The notes under the pieces were generated by a model. It made no database searches and was not told the DNA's origin. It worked only from the letters and a program-made list of their open reading frames with translations. A stretch of DNA of 20,643 nt, taken from the NCBI GenBank assembly GCA_964007735.1, contig CAXGAI010000005.1:124001-144643 (forward strand), given 5' to 3'. The translations under genes were made by a program, and so were the position numbers. Shown here piece by piece: positions 1 through 9,671 of the stretch (its first letter is position 1; each line of letters opens with the position of its first letter). This stretch comes from an uncultured Rhodopirellula sp. (GTDB lineage: Bacteria; Planctomycetota; Planctomycetia; Pirellulales; Pirellulaceae).

Positions 1-419
1 TTATTGACCTCCACAAACATCATTCGCAGGTTATGTAAGACACCATTGAGTGCTTCCTCTTCACCTTGATTGAGATTGCCCTTGGTTCGTTCTTGGATAA
101 TGCCCAACATATCGATATGAAACTTTGCAGCGGACTTGTTTTTGATCACCTGACCGGTTGCAGGGTCTGGGATCATACCCATAGCGAGCATTGCCTGGGT
201 ATGGTGCTGCATAAGTAGCATGTCGAAGCTGGCTTCCGGGAACTCGACGCTTTCCAGTTCATCAACTTGCTCTTCACTAAGCAGTTCGTCGCTGGTTTCA
301 GATGAAGCTTGCTCTTCTGAAGTGTCTTCCGCTTCAATTGTTTCGGTATTCTCTCCCGTGGCTTCTTCGATTTGTGTTTCTTCTTCGATTGGTTCAGGTG
401 CTTCTGGTGTTTCAGACAT
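1..419 (-). CDS. DUF1844-like protein with long acidic N-terminus (3' end runs off the window)
   Basis: Not in the ORF track because no in-frame stop lies inside the window. ATG at 419 with AGGAG RBS upstream. Manual translation MSETPEAPEPIEEETQIEE...EFPEASFDMLLMQHHTQAMLAMGMIPDPATGQVIKNKSAAKFHIDMLGIIQERTKGNLNQGEEEALNGVLHNLRMMFVEVN matches the DUF1844 pattern (A..ALG..P.P / ID.L..L..KT.GNL...E...L). Confidence 0.85.
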   Translation of the reverse strand, partial: MSETPEAPEPIEEETQIEEATGENTETIEAEDTSEEQASSETSDELLSEEQVDELESVEFPEASFDMLLMQHHTQAMLAMGMIPDPATGQVIKNKSAAKFHIDMLGIIQERTKGNLNQGEEEALNGVLHNLRMMFVEVN

Positions 420-556
420 ACGTTGGTTTCTCCTGTTTTGTTTACTGAATTCCTAATATATACCAATAGCGCAGAAACGCACGAGGTGCGGAAAGGAATC
501 GTGAGAACAATTGCTCTAAGAGTATGTGGTGAAGGCTTGGAAGTGTGTCCCCGAGA

Positions 557-2224
557 CTATTCGGCAGCATCGAGAAATTCGATTTCCTCTTCCGTTTCCT
601 GTTCGACTGAAACATCACCACGTGACAGGCGACGTTTGACAGCGGCCTCAATAAATCCTGCGAATAGAGGGTGTGATCGTGTCGGCTTCGACTTGAATTC
701 CGGGTGGAATTGTACGGCTACAAACCAGGGATGCTCAGGAATCTCTACGATTTCCGGTAATAATCCGTCGGGGCTTGTTCCCGAAACAATCATACCGTTT
801 GCTGCAAATTGGTTGCGATAAACATGATTGAATTCATAGCGATGACGGTGACGTTCAGCCACTTCGTCCTGTTGATAGCAATTATGAGCTTTACTGTCTG
901 CGGTGAGCACGCAAGGGTGAGCACCTAATCGCATGGTACCCCCCATGTCAGTAATATTCTTCTGTTCATCCAGAAGACAAATGACCGGATGGGGTGTATT
1001 CTTATCAAATTCGGTTGAGTGTGCGTTCTCTAAACTGACAACGTTTCTACCAAATTCGATACAGGCAGTTTGCATTCCCAGGCAGATTCCAAAGAATGGT
1101 ATCTCACGCTCACGGGCAAATCTAATAGATTGAACTTTTCCTTCAATACCACGTTCACCAAAGCCCCCAGGTACCAGAATTCCATCGTATCCAGAAAGCA
1201 AACGTTCCGGGCCTTCGTGTTCAACTAATTCACTTTGAATTGGCACGATTCTTACTTGAGCCCGATTGTGAATGCCCGCATGGTCCAGAGCTTCGTAAAT
1301 GGACTTGTAGGCATCTTTGTGCTCGGCATATTTACCAACGACCGCGATACTAATTTCCTGTTGAGGGTTACGCAAATCATGGAGTAGTGTTTTCCAGTCG
1401 TCGAGATTGGCTTCAGGGGTACTTAGGTTTAGCCGGGCCGTGATGAGTTCGTCGAGTTGGCGTTCCTTCAGAGCGAGAGGTACTTCGTAAATCGAGAAGT
1501 CCATGTCTTTCTCTTCAATGACAGCTTCCAACGGGACGTTGCAGAACAAGGCAATTTTTTCACAGTCTTCCCGACTGATTTCCTGTTCCGTTCGGCAGAT
1601 CAGAATATCGGGCTGAATACCGATCTCGCGAAGTTGCCCAACGCTGTGTTGAGTTGGTTTCGTTTTTAGTTCACCAGCTGCCTTGAGGTAAGGTACTAAA
1701 GTGAGGTGGATGTAGAGGCAGTTTTCTTTCCCGACATCTTGAGAGAATTGGCGGATGGCTTCCAGAAATGGCTGGCTTTCGATGTCACCGACGGTTCCAC
1801 CAATTTCTGTGATTACAACATCGGTGTCATCATCGACAAGGCGTTTTACAACGTGTTTGATCTCGTTAGTGATATGTGGAATGACTTGGACAGTTTTCCC
1901 TAAAAACTCTCCATGACGCTCTTTCTCGATTACCGACAAATAGATCTGTCCGGTAGTGTAGTTTGAGTCACGTGTTAGCGGGCTATTGGTGAATCGTTCG
2001 TAGTGGCCAAGGTCGAGGTCAGTTTCACTTCCGTCGTCGAGTACATAGACTTCACCATGCTGGTAGGGGCTCATGGTGCCGGGATCCACATTAATATATG
2101 GATCTAGCTTCTGCATTTTGACGCTGAGTCCGCGTTGCTCAAGGAGCAGTCCAATCGAAGCACTTGTCAGGCCTTTTCCCAAAGAACTAACAACACCACC
2201 GGTAACAAATATATGCTTGGTCAT
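557..2224 (-). CDS. pyrG: CTP synthase
   Basis: [48 protein letters not shown], glutaminase motifs [15 protein letters not shown] and QFHPEF; 555 aa. Confidence 0.99.
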   Translation of the reverse strand: MTKHIFVTGGVVSSLGKGLTSASIGLLLEQRGLSVKMQKLDPYINVDPGTMSPYQHGEVYVLDDGSETDLDLGHYERFTNSPLTRDSNYTTGQIYLSVIEKERHGEFLGKTVQVIPHITNEIKHVVKRLVDDDTDVVITEIGGTVGDIESQPFLEAIRQFSQDVGKENCLYIHLTLVPYLKAAGELKTKPTQHSVGQLREIGIQPDILICRTEQEISREDCEKIALFCNVPLEAVIEEKDMDFSIYEVPLALKERQLDELITARLNLSTPEANLDDWKTLLHDLRNPQQEISIAVVGKYAEHKDAYKSIYEALDHAGIHNRAQVRIVPIQSELVEHEGPERLLSGYDGILVPGGFGERGIEGKVQSIRFAREREIPFFGICLGMQTACIEFGRNVVSLENAHSTEFDKNTPHPVICLLDEQKNITDMGGTMRLGAHPCVLTADSKAHNCYQQDEVAERHRHRYEFNHVYRNQFAANGMIVSGTSPDGLLPEIVEIPEHPWFVAVQFHPEFKSKPTRSHPLFAGFIEAAVKRRLSRGDVSVEQETEEEIEFLDAAE

Positions 2225-2425
2225 TGGTTATCTCTGATGTGATTCCATTCAGGCTTTTTAACGACCACCGCTTCAATACATAACAGCGGTGATTAAGGTA
2301 GAAGCATCCATCGTTCTACCGTCAAAATTTTTTAATGTTGGGGCGTAAGCCAAGGAATTTGCCATGTTTTAGGCCAATTGCCCAGTACGGCGAATTCCAA
2401 GGAACTCTTCCACAACTCGACAATT

Positions 2426-3178
2426 CTAACGATTTCTTTCCAATCTGACAAACGCCTCATAGTCTTCTGGAGTGTCAATTCCAATAGAAGGTTGATCGAT
2501 CACTCCGACAAGAATCGTATACCCATGAAAAAGCACGCGTAGTTGTTCAAGACTCTCCAGTTTTTCCACGGCAGATTGGGGTAAGTTCGTGAGTGACAGT
2601 AGGAATTCACGTCGGTAAGCATAGAGTCCAATATGTTGGTGGAAATGAGCCGGTTCTGCTTCTAATAGGCTTGCATCCCAGTTCCTGGGATGAGGGATAA
2701 CACTTCGGCTAAAGTACATGGCACGCTGCTGATGATCAAAGATGACTTTAACGCAGGCCGGGTCTTCCAGTTGAGACTTATTTCGGATGGGGGTTGCCAA
2801 GGTAGCCATAACAGCCTCGGGATTATTCTCTAATAGTTCGACTACCTTATCGATAGCTTCGGCAGAGATGTCTGGTTCGTCACCTTGAACATTGACGATG
2901 ATATCCGCGTCGTCCAGATTTTGAGCAACTTCTGCAACTCGATCGGTACCACTTGGCGCGGCTGGGTCTGTCATCGCGACGGAACCACCAAAGCGTTTGA
3001 CCGTTTCCGCGATTCGCTCATGGTCTGTAGCCACAATGATGCCTGATGGCCGAGTGGCCTTTTGAGCTGACTCGTATGTGTGTTGGATTAACGGTTTTCC
3101 TGTTTCTGCAAGGAGTAGTTTCTCAGGTAACCGCGTTGAATGAAGACGGGCTGGTATGACAATGAAACTAGTCATCAC
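2426..3178 (-). CDS. kdsB: 3-deoxy-manno-octulosonate cytidylyltransferase (CMP-KDO synthetase)
   Basis: VIPARLHSTRLPEK, SGTDR, VNVQGDEP, AMYFSRS, HIGLYAYR, ESLEQLR, GIDTPED. The start may be the ATG at 3175. Confidence 0.97.
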   Translation of the reverse strand: MMTSFIVIPARLHSTRLPEKLLLAETGKPLIQHTYESAQKATRPSGIIVATDHERIAETVKRFGGSVAMTDPAAPSGTDRVAEVAQNLDDADIIVNVQGDEPDISAEAIDKVVELLENNPEAVMATLATPIRNKSQLEDPACVKVIFDHQQRAMYFSRSVIPHPRNWDASLLEAEPAHFHQHIGLYAYRREFLLSLTNLPQSAVEKLESLEQLRVLFHGYTILVGVIDQPSIGIDTPEDYEAFVRLERNR

Positions 3179-3210
3179 ATTTCATCCTTGAATGCTGTCC
3201 GAGTTAGTCG

Positions 3211-4935
3211 TTAAAAGCCGAAGACGAGTTGCCCAATAATATAAGTCAACAGTGGAAGTAACAAAATAGAAACCAGGTTCAATACTAAGCCGGCTCGAGC
3301 CATTTGACGAATCGTTGTCTGCCCGGCTGCAAACACGATCGCGTTAGGTGGCGTTGCCACCGGAAGCATGAATGCACAACTGGCAGCCAGAGTTGCCGGA
3401 ATAAGTAGGATTTTCGGATCGATTTCAAGGTTGCCAGCGAGAGTTACAAGTAGTGGCAGGATTAATGCCGCCGTCGCAGTATTACTTGTGACTTCCGTCA
3501 TGAAGATCATGGCTGTTGTAACAACGAACATGATGATCAGAATGGCTGTTGCCCCGGAAGGGGTCACGGCATTGCAAATGATCGCTCCAAGCCCTGTGGA
3601 TTTCACGGCTCCGGCCAATGCCAAACCTCCGCCAAATAGAAGCAACACTCCCCAGGGAAGTCGATTTGCAGTTTTCCAATCCATCAGTGCTTGACCAGGA
3701 TACCCCCAGGCAGGGATGACAAATAACAGCAACGAAGCCGTCATTGCAATGATAGTGTCATCAAGGTAAATAACATTCGGATAGAGTTCCTGAAGCCATG
3801 CCCACCGGGTGAAAAAACTTCGAGTAATCCAAAGCATCGCTGTAATTGCGAAGACAATGGCGATTGTTTTCTCGGGTTTGCTCATAGGCCCAAGCTTCTT
3901 TAACTCATCCTGAATAAGTTGCCGACCGCCCTCCAGTTTTGGCAAGCCGATTTTGAAGATAAACTTTGTCATTAACAGCCAGATGATCACTAGAAAGATT
4001 AACGCTGATGGCAGGCCAAACGCCATCCATTGCCCAAAGCTGATTTCGATTCCGTTTTGCTCTAAAATATCGCGCAGCAAAAGGTTGGTTGGCGTCCCCA
4101 GGAAAGTCCCGAGTCCTCCGACAGAGGCTGAGTACGCGATGCATAGCAGCAGACAAGCGGAAAAATTGTTGAGTCGTGAAGTATTGATCTGAGGATTCTT
4201 TTCTCTCATGAGTGTGATCAGGCTCAACGCGATGGGAAGCATGACGACGGTTGTAGCCGTATTGCTGATCCACATGCTCAGTATTGCGGTGGTCGCCATG
4301 AAGCCTGCTATAAGTCGCGTTGGCTCTGTACCTAATGCAAGAATAGTCATCAACGCAATTCGCTTATGTAGGTTCCATCGTTCGATCGCCATTCCTAACA
4401 GAAACCCTCCCATCATCAGGAAAACAAATTTGCTGGCATAGCTGCGCGAGGTGACTTCAAACAGGCTCGCTGGTTTTTTCGCTCGAATGTACTGTAACGG
4501 AACCGGAAGCTGTCCGTTCTCAGATTTGATGACTCCAAGATTATCAGAAATCTGGATGAAAGTTCCGCTCCCTTCTCGCGGACTATCTGATTCCAACAGC
4601 GCCTGATGCCGCTCTCCGAAACGAGGGTTATCCAGATTCCAAACCACAGCTTGGCCTATTTGTGGAGCGGTCGCCATTTTTTCTCCAACCCCAAGGATTG
4701 GGAACAAAGCGAGTGGGAGCATGGCAGTCGCTGCCAAAGGAATCGCTTCGGTAATCCACCAGACTGCCATTAAGACAACCGTGCAGGCTGTGGCCAAAGC
4801 AGGACCTGGCATATCGGATTGGGTCTTAAGAATGACTGCTAAAAAGCAGGCTAACGCAGGTCCAATCCATCGGCCTCTGAGGCTGATTTGGGAGACTTCT
4901 CTTGAGTTCTCAGCGGAGTTTTTCAGTTCATTCAT
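3211..4935 (-). CDS. DASS/SLC13 family sodium:dicarboxylate/sulfate symporter, with a soluble insertion
   Basis: Very hydrophobic. Motifs WWITEAIP, FLMMGGF, LHKRIA, SMWISNTAT, GTPTN, TEVTSNTAT (two SNT motifs) and AFMLPVATPPNA. Confidence 0.95.
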   Translation of the reverse strand: MNELKNSAENSREVSQISLRGRWIGPALACFLAVILKTQSDMPGPALATACTVVLMAVWWITEAIPLAATAMLPLALFPILGVGEKMATAPQIGQAVVWNLDNPRFGERHQALLESDSPREGSGTFIQISDNLGVIKSENGQLPVPLQYIRAKKPASLFEVTSRSYASKFVFLMMGGFLLGMAIERWNLHKRIALMTILALGTEPTRLIAGFMATTAILSMWISNTATTVVMLPIALSLITLMREKNPQINTSRLNNFSACLLLCIAYSASVGGLGTFLGTPTNLLLRDILEQNGIEISFGQWMAFGLPSALIFLVIIWLLMTKFIFKIGLPKLEGGRQLIQDELKKLGPMSKPEKTIAIVFAITAMLWITRSFFTRWAWLQELYPNVIYLDDTIIAMTASLLLFVIPAWGYPGQALMDWKTANRLPWGVLLLFGGGLALAGAVKSTGLGAIICNAVTPSGATAILIIMFVVTTAMIFMTEVTSNTATAALILPLLVTLAGNLEIDPKILLIPATLAASCAFMLPVATPPNAIVFAAGQTTIRQMARAGLVLNLVSILLLPLLTYIIGQLVFGF

Positions 4936-5141
4936 GAAGTGGGAGTTATCGAGAAAGGGAAGGTGATTGCGAGATCTTTAATGCAGAGTCAGTCTTCAAT
5001 CATCCCCCGCTAGGAAAACCCGTGCTTTCTATGGTAACATCAATACCGGAAGGTGTGCTTGGCACGCCCTTTAATTTGAATAGTCCTCAGCGTTGTCTTG
5101 ATAGCGTGATTCATAGATAGAGTTTTAGAGAGTACAGGAAA

Positions 5142-6371
5142 ATGTCAAAGTCGTTTTTATCAATGTTTGCTCTGCTGGGAATGTTGGTTTCCAGCCTGGC
5201 TGAAGCAGCTGACTGGCCTACATGGAGAGGTTCTTTACGAGATGGTATCTCCAAAGAGACTGGCTTACTTCAATCATGGCCTGCAGGTGGTCCTGAGAAA
5301 GACTGGACTTTCAATAATGCTGGATTAGGATACTCCAGCTTTGCGATTGCTGACGGTGTTTTGTACACCTTGGGTACGCGTGATGATGCTGAAATTCTAT
5401 TTGCTCTTGATGCAAATACCGGAAAAGAGAAATGGGCCTTGGCTTTAAGTAACATTTTGGAAAACGGATGGGGCAATGGTCCGCGTGCTACTCCAACGGT
5501 TGCGGACGGCAATGTCTATGTGCTCTCGGGGATCGGTACTCTAGTCTCTGTTTCGGCTGCTGGAAAAGAGAACTGGAAGATTGAGATGGCTGATTTTGGT
5601 GGCCAACGTCCGAACTGGGGCTACTGTGAAAGCGTAACCGTGGATGGTGACAAAGTGATTTGTACTCCCGGTGGTGCTCAGGGATCGGTTCTCGCTGTCG
5701 ATCTTAAAGATGGTAGTAAAATCTGGCAAAGTTCTGAAATTACGGACGGTGCTCAGTATGCAAGTATCGTCACAGTAGAGCTTGGTGGAGTGAAACAGTA
5801 TATCCAGATGACTCATGAACACGTGTTTGGCATCGTGGCTGAAACCGGTAAGTTAGCTTGGAAGAGCCAGTGGGAAGGTCGGGTTGCTTCGATTCCTACT
5901 CCAATTGTTAGCGGCGCAGATGTATACATCACTTCGGGTTACGGAGTTGGCTGTAAGTTAGTAACGGTTAATGGTAATCAAGTAACGGATGTTTATCGAA
6001 ATACCGTAATGAAGAATCACCATGGTGGAGTTGTGAAGTTGGGTGACTATCTGTACGGTTATTCTGATGGCCCCGGCTGGATTTGTCAGAACTTCAAAAC
6101 GGGTGAGATGGTTTGGAATAACAAGACTTTTGGCAAAGGTGCCGTAGCTTTCGCTGACGGACGTCTTTACGCTCAGTCAGAAAGTACGGGCGAAGTTGTT
6201 TTGCTTGAGCCATCTCCCGAAGGCTACAAAGAACATGGTAAATTTACCCTGACGCCACAATCCACAATTCGTTCACAGCGAGGTAAGATTTGGACGCATC
6301 CTGTGATTAGTAACGGGAAGCTTTATATCCGAGATCAGGATTTGATTCATTGCTACAAGATTGCCAAGTAA
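5142..6371 (+). CDS. Secreted PQQ-binding-like beta-propeller repeat protein (BamB-like family expanded in Planctomycetes)
   Basis: Signal peptide ending AEA, then DWPTWRG; repeated LFALDANTGKEKW / LAVDLKDGSKIW blades; C-terminal WTHPVISNGKLYIRDQ. AGGA RBS. Confidence 0.9.
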   Translation: MSKSFLSMFALLGMLVSSLAEAADWPTWRGSLRDGISKETGLLQSWPAGGPEKDWTFNNAGLGYSSFAIADGVLYTLGTRDDAEILFALDANTGKEKWALALSNILENGWGNGPRATPTVADGNVYVLSGIGTLVSVSAAGKENWKIEMADFGGQRPNWGYCESVTVDGDKVICTPGGAQGSVLAVDLKDGSKIWQSSEITDGAQYASIVTVELGGVKQYIQMTHEHVFGIVAETGKLAWKSQWEGRVASIPTPIVSGADVYITSGYGVGCKLVTVNGNQVTDVYRNTVMKNHHGGVVKLGDYLYGYSDGPGWICQNFKTGEMVWNNKTFGKGAVAFADGRLYAQSESTGEVVLLEPSPEGYKEHGKFTLTPQSTIRSQRGKIWTHPVISNGKLYIRDQDLIHCYKIAK

Positions 6372-6407
6372 CCTATGGCTGGCATTTAGTTTGCTAAATG
6401 TCATGAT

Positions 6408-6481
6408 GGGCCTGTAGCTCAGTTGGTTAGAGCAGGGGACTCATAATCCCTTTGTCGGCGGTTCGAGTCCGTCCAGGCCTA
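6408..6481 (+). tRNA. tRNA with CAT anticodon, probably tRNA-Ile2 (lysidine-modified); CCA not encoded
   Basis: Cloverleaf: acceptor GGGCCTG/CAGGCCT, D arm GCTC-AGTTGGTTA-GAGC, anticodon arm GGGGA-CTCATAA-TCCCT (CAT at 6442-6444), T arm GGCGG-TTCGAGT-CCGTC. It lacks the C1 mismatch of initiator tRNA and overall resembles Ile2 more than elongator Met; the Ile2 versus Met call is an inference. Confidence 0.95.
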
Positions 6482-6520
6482 CTGTTGGGATGTCACTCTT
6501 AAAAACATCCCCACCGAACT

Positions 6521-6565
6521 AAAACTCCAAAGATTTGCCTGAGGGGCAATCTTTGGAGTTTTTTT
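6521..6565. terminator. Bidirectional-looking intrinsic terminator between tRNA (+) and esterase (-)
   Basis: AAAACTCCAAAGATTTGCC-TGAGG-GGCAATCTTTGGAGTTTTTTT: long stem with one bulge, A-tract before and T-tract after. Confidence 0.85.
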
Positions 6566-6635
6566 GTTTTACTATTGAGAGTCCGATCGTTTCAGGAATG
6601 TAATGAAGAGTCCTTTTTGACTCTATTTCAATCGC

Positions 6636-7541
6636 TCACATCCGAATGTGCGTATTAAAGAAATCTAGCATGATTTTTTGTGGCTCTGCCTCGTAGAAAT
6701 CATCTCCACCGTGAAATCCACCATGGATGACATGGAAATGAACGGGTCGTTTTACATTTTTGTATTTTGCGTGCAATTCATGTGACTGGTTAATTGGTAC
6801 CTGAGGGTCCTGATCCCCATGAATTAGCAGCAAAGGAGGGTCCTCGTTGTCGACATGTTCGACAGGGCTTGCCAGTTTGGCCAATGCTGGCTTCTTTTCC
6901 GGCCGATCACCAAGTAGTAACTCCAAGGCTGGTACTCTGACACTTAGCCCATGCGGAGTCGATTGAGGAAGGATCGTCAGGAAATTTGTTGGTCCGAACA
7001 AGTCCACAATGGCATGCACATCTGACGATTCGTGAGGAAATACACCAACCTTACCTTCCAACTGTTGATGGTGATTGCTTACTCCAAGTAATGCAGACAA
7101 ATGGCCGCCGGCGGATTCGCCAGCCACTCCGATTCTCTCTTTTGCTATATTTCGGTGTTCCGCTGTTGCTCGCAGGAACCGTACTGCCGCCTTAAGATCG
7201 TGTATCTGCGCCGGGAATTTTGCAGTCGGCGATAATCGGTAATCAACACTCGCAATAGCGTATCCCTGTTTCACAAGAAATAGTAAAGGCATGCGATCCT
7301 TAGTACCACGTCGCCACGCTCCACCATGAATCCAAATGACTAATGGAGCTTGTTCGACTTCATGTGGCAGATACAAGTCCAGTAACAAACGGTGTTTGCC
7401 GACCTTGCCATATTCGATATTTTTAATCCGATCGTAGCCGTCGTGAAGTGAAGTGTTATAAGATTGGTCACGTTCCATTGCTTTGGTGGTTACGTTTGCA
7501 ATCAATAAACAAAACAGTAGCAAAACAGCTAAAGGCTTCAT
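6636..7541 (-). CDS. Secreted alpha/beta hydrolase (HSL-like / BD-FAE-type carboxylesterase)
   Basis: Signal peptide, oxyanion motif IHGGAW, DYRL, nucleophile elbow GESAGG, IHGDQD..VP and catalytic His in GGFHG. Confidence 0.93.
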   Translation of the reverse strand: MKPLAVLLLFCLLIANVTTKAMERDQSYNTSLHDGYDRIKNIEYGKVGKHRLLLDLYLPHEVEQAPLVIWIHGGAWRRGTKDRMPLLFLVKQGYAIASVDYRLSPTAKFPAQIHDLKAAVRFLRATAEHRNIAKERIGVAGESAGGHLSALLGVSNHHQQLEGKVGVFPHESSDVHAIVDLFGPTNFLTILPQSTPHGLSVRVPALELLLGDRPEKKPALAKLASPVEHVDNEDPPLLLIHGDQDPQVPINQSHELHAKYKNVKRPVHFHVIHGGFHGGDDFYEAEPQKIMLDFFNTHIRM

Positions 7542-7708
7542 TCGTTTTCTTTCCTTTATACGGTGGTGATGCGATGTCTTTTAAGTCACCGGCCTGCATG
7601 GCCGTCGGGAGGACGGAGGGTTTACACGGTATACGTCATCCCCCATAATTCGACTTTAACGTATGTTGCCTTGTTGCACATGCCTCGATCCTTCAGGAAG
7701 CGCATTCC

Positions 7709-8686
7709 ATGTCAGATTCCACTCCTCCATTGACTCCGGGGGGCCGCGAAATTCAGCCTCACGACTCTCAAATCCACTGTGTCCAACCAGGTGGTGGAGT
7801 TTGTATGCGGATCGAATTGTTTTGGGGATCGATCCGTCGAGCCTATCTTAAGACTTTTCGCCGTGGCTATATTCGGCGGATGGCAGAAACGCGAAAAGGT
7901 GAGAATAATCAATGCCCCTGGGATGTAATCGACCCACGCGATTTGAAATTCTACGCCAACCAGCCCGGATACTACTGGGATACTAAAGACGATCCATTTA
8001 CTGGTCGTGAGAACTACGGATTCGCTCGGGCCGGTTTAGCTGAAATGATAATCTTCTCTTTAGTTCTTATTCCGCTCTTGGTTTGCTTCGTTTACCTCGC
8101 ACTTCATGGTTCACCATTGTGGTGGGTAGCAGCCGTCGTTCCATTGCTTTTAGAAGCGGAAGTTATTTGGTTTTTTCGCAATCCGAAAAGGGTTGTCCCT
8201 CAGGGGCCGGGCACGGTTGTCTCGCCGGCTGATGGTAAGATCGATTTAATGGAAGAGATTGAATACGATGATGTGATCGGTGGACCGGCTATCAAAATTG
8301 CAATCTTTCTTTCCGTATTTAACGTGCACATCAATCGAGCGCCGGTCGCGTGTACCGTGTTTGCTTCTCGGTATCGTAAGGGGAAGTTCCTCAGCGCTTT
8401 GAAGCCGGAGTCGGCTTGGGAAAATGAGAGACTTGAATTGTGGCTGGAATCGACTGAAACGCCCCAGCGGGTAATGCGTGTACGTCAAATCACAGGGCAA
8501 TTAGCTCGCCGAATCGTATGTTGGGCGAAAACGGGCGAGACGTTTGGGCGAGGGGCTCAATTTGGGATGATTAAGCTCGGATCCAGAACAGAACTGATCA
8601 TCCCCAGAGAAGAAGGGCTGGAGGTCCTGGTGAAACTTGGAGATAAAGTTCGGGCAGGTTCAACGGTTTTTGCCACGTATGAGTAA
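7709..8686 (+). CDS. psd: Phosphatidylserine decarboxylase proenzyme (short type) with N-terminal extension
   Basis: FFRNPKR, VSPADG, IFLSVFNVHINRAP, NER, QITGQLARRI and GMIKLGSR (autocleavage GS). Adjacent to pssA. Confidence 0.93.
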   Translation: MSDSTPPLTPGGREIQPHDSQIHCVQPGGGVCMRIELFWGSIRRAYLKTFRRGYIRRMAETRKGENNQCPWDVIDPRDLKFYANQPGYYWDTKDDPFTGRENYGFARAGLAEMIIFSLVLIPLLVCFVYLALHGSPLWWVAAVVPLLLEAEVIWFFRNPKRVVPQGPGTVVSPADGKIDLMEEIEYDDVIGGPAIKIAIFLSVFNVHINRAPVACTVFASRYRKGKFLSALKPESAWENERLELWLESTETPQRVMRVRQITGQLARRIVCWAKTGETFGRGAQFGMIKLGSRTELIIPREEGLEVLVKLGDKVRAGSTVFATYE

Positions 8687-8731
8687 ATTGTTCAATATCA
8701 ATCCCGAGCAGACAAGTTTATAATTAGATAT

Positions 8732-9652
8732 ATGAACAGTGATTTGTCACAAGACCTCGATGTGAATCTCGATGACGATCTGTCAGATGATTCCAAATTT
8801 CCAATCTTGCCTACGTTAATGACGCTGGGCAACGCCATTTGTGGATTGGCGGCTATTGGTTTGGCAACCAAGGCGATTGGTGTTCGTTTGGCCACTGAAG
8901 GTATGGACTCTGCGGCAGCCTTGCCACTCGATCCAAATGCGTACGAAGCTTTGCGTTATGCCGGTCTCCTGATTTTTTTGGGAATGCTTTTTGATGCACT
9001 GGATGGCCAAGTTGCTCGTTTACTAAATCAAACCAGTAAATTCGGCATGGAACTGGATAGTCTCTGTGACGTGATTACCTTTGGTGTTGCTCCCGCTTTC
9101 ATCATGCTGTTTTTTGCGGATGTTTTTCATCCTCGGCTGATGAAAGGTGCCGCAGGAATCTATACGCTCTGTGCTATTTTACGACTCGCTCGTTATAACG
9201 TTGAAGCCGAAGAAGGGGGCGATACATCGTATTTCCGAGGGTTACCCTCCCCGGCCGCTGCCGGTACAATCGCGACTTTTGCGATGGCAATGCCGGATAT
9301 AATGCGTCAGAAGCAAGCAATCCTAGAGAGCGTGAACATCGATGTTCACCAGTTAGTGATGATGATCGTACCTCCACTGACAGTTATTCTGGCCTGGCTC
9401 ATGGTTTCCTATGTGCGGTATCCCCACTTGGCAAAGCAACTGGCTAAGAAAAAGTCGATGAAGCGACATTACTTTAAGATTGTCCAGATTTTATTTGCCA
9501 TCATTGGAGCATTGGTTTTTCAGGAAATCGCTTTGCCGGTTATCTTTCTTTATTACCTGATAGCAACTCCATTGATTAATCTCTGGCGCAAAATAGTAGG
9601 CGCCAAAAAGAAAGCTCCAGCTGAACCAGCTGAAGCTTACTTAAAACTCTAA
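8732..9652 (+). CDS. pssA: CDP-diacylglycerol--serine O-phosphatidyltransferase
   Basis: LPTLMTLGN, CDP-alcohol phosphotransferase motif DALDGQVAR...S.FG.ELDSLCD, LRLARYN and FRGLPSP. Follows psd. Confidence 0.92.
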   Translation: MNSDLSQDLDVNLDDDLSDDSKFPILPTLMTLGNAICGLAAIGLATKAIGVRLATEGMDSAAALPLDPNAYEALRYAGLLIFLGMLFDALDGQVARLLNQTSKFGMELDSLCDVITFGVAPAFIMLFFADVFHPRLMKGAAGIYTLCAILRLARYNVEAEEGGDTSYFRGLPSPAAAGTIATFAMAMPDIMRQKQAILESVNIDVHQLVMMIVPPLTVILAWLMVSYVRYPHLAKQLAKKKSMKRHYFKIVQILFAIIGALVFQEIALPVIFLYYLIATPLINLWRKIVGAKKKAPAEPAEAYLKL

Positions 9653-9671
9653 ACGATCTGGTACAGCTTTA

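Noticed and set aside
173..821. ORFs 173..466(-), 220..456(+), 372..821(+) and 442..651(-)
   Set aside because: Alternative-frame or antisense shadows of the DUF1844-like gene and pyrG; their biased composition mirrors the acidic real frame.
2426..3178. kdsB-pyrG linkage as a novelty
   Set aside because: A common conserved arrangement in Gram-negative lineages.
6460..7541. Possible genomic island integrated at the tRNA 3' end
   Set aside because: I saw no integrase and no duplicate of the tRNA 3' end in the window; a terminator and ordinary genes follow.
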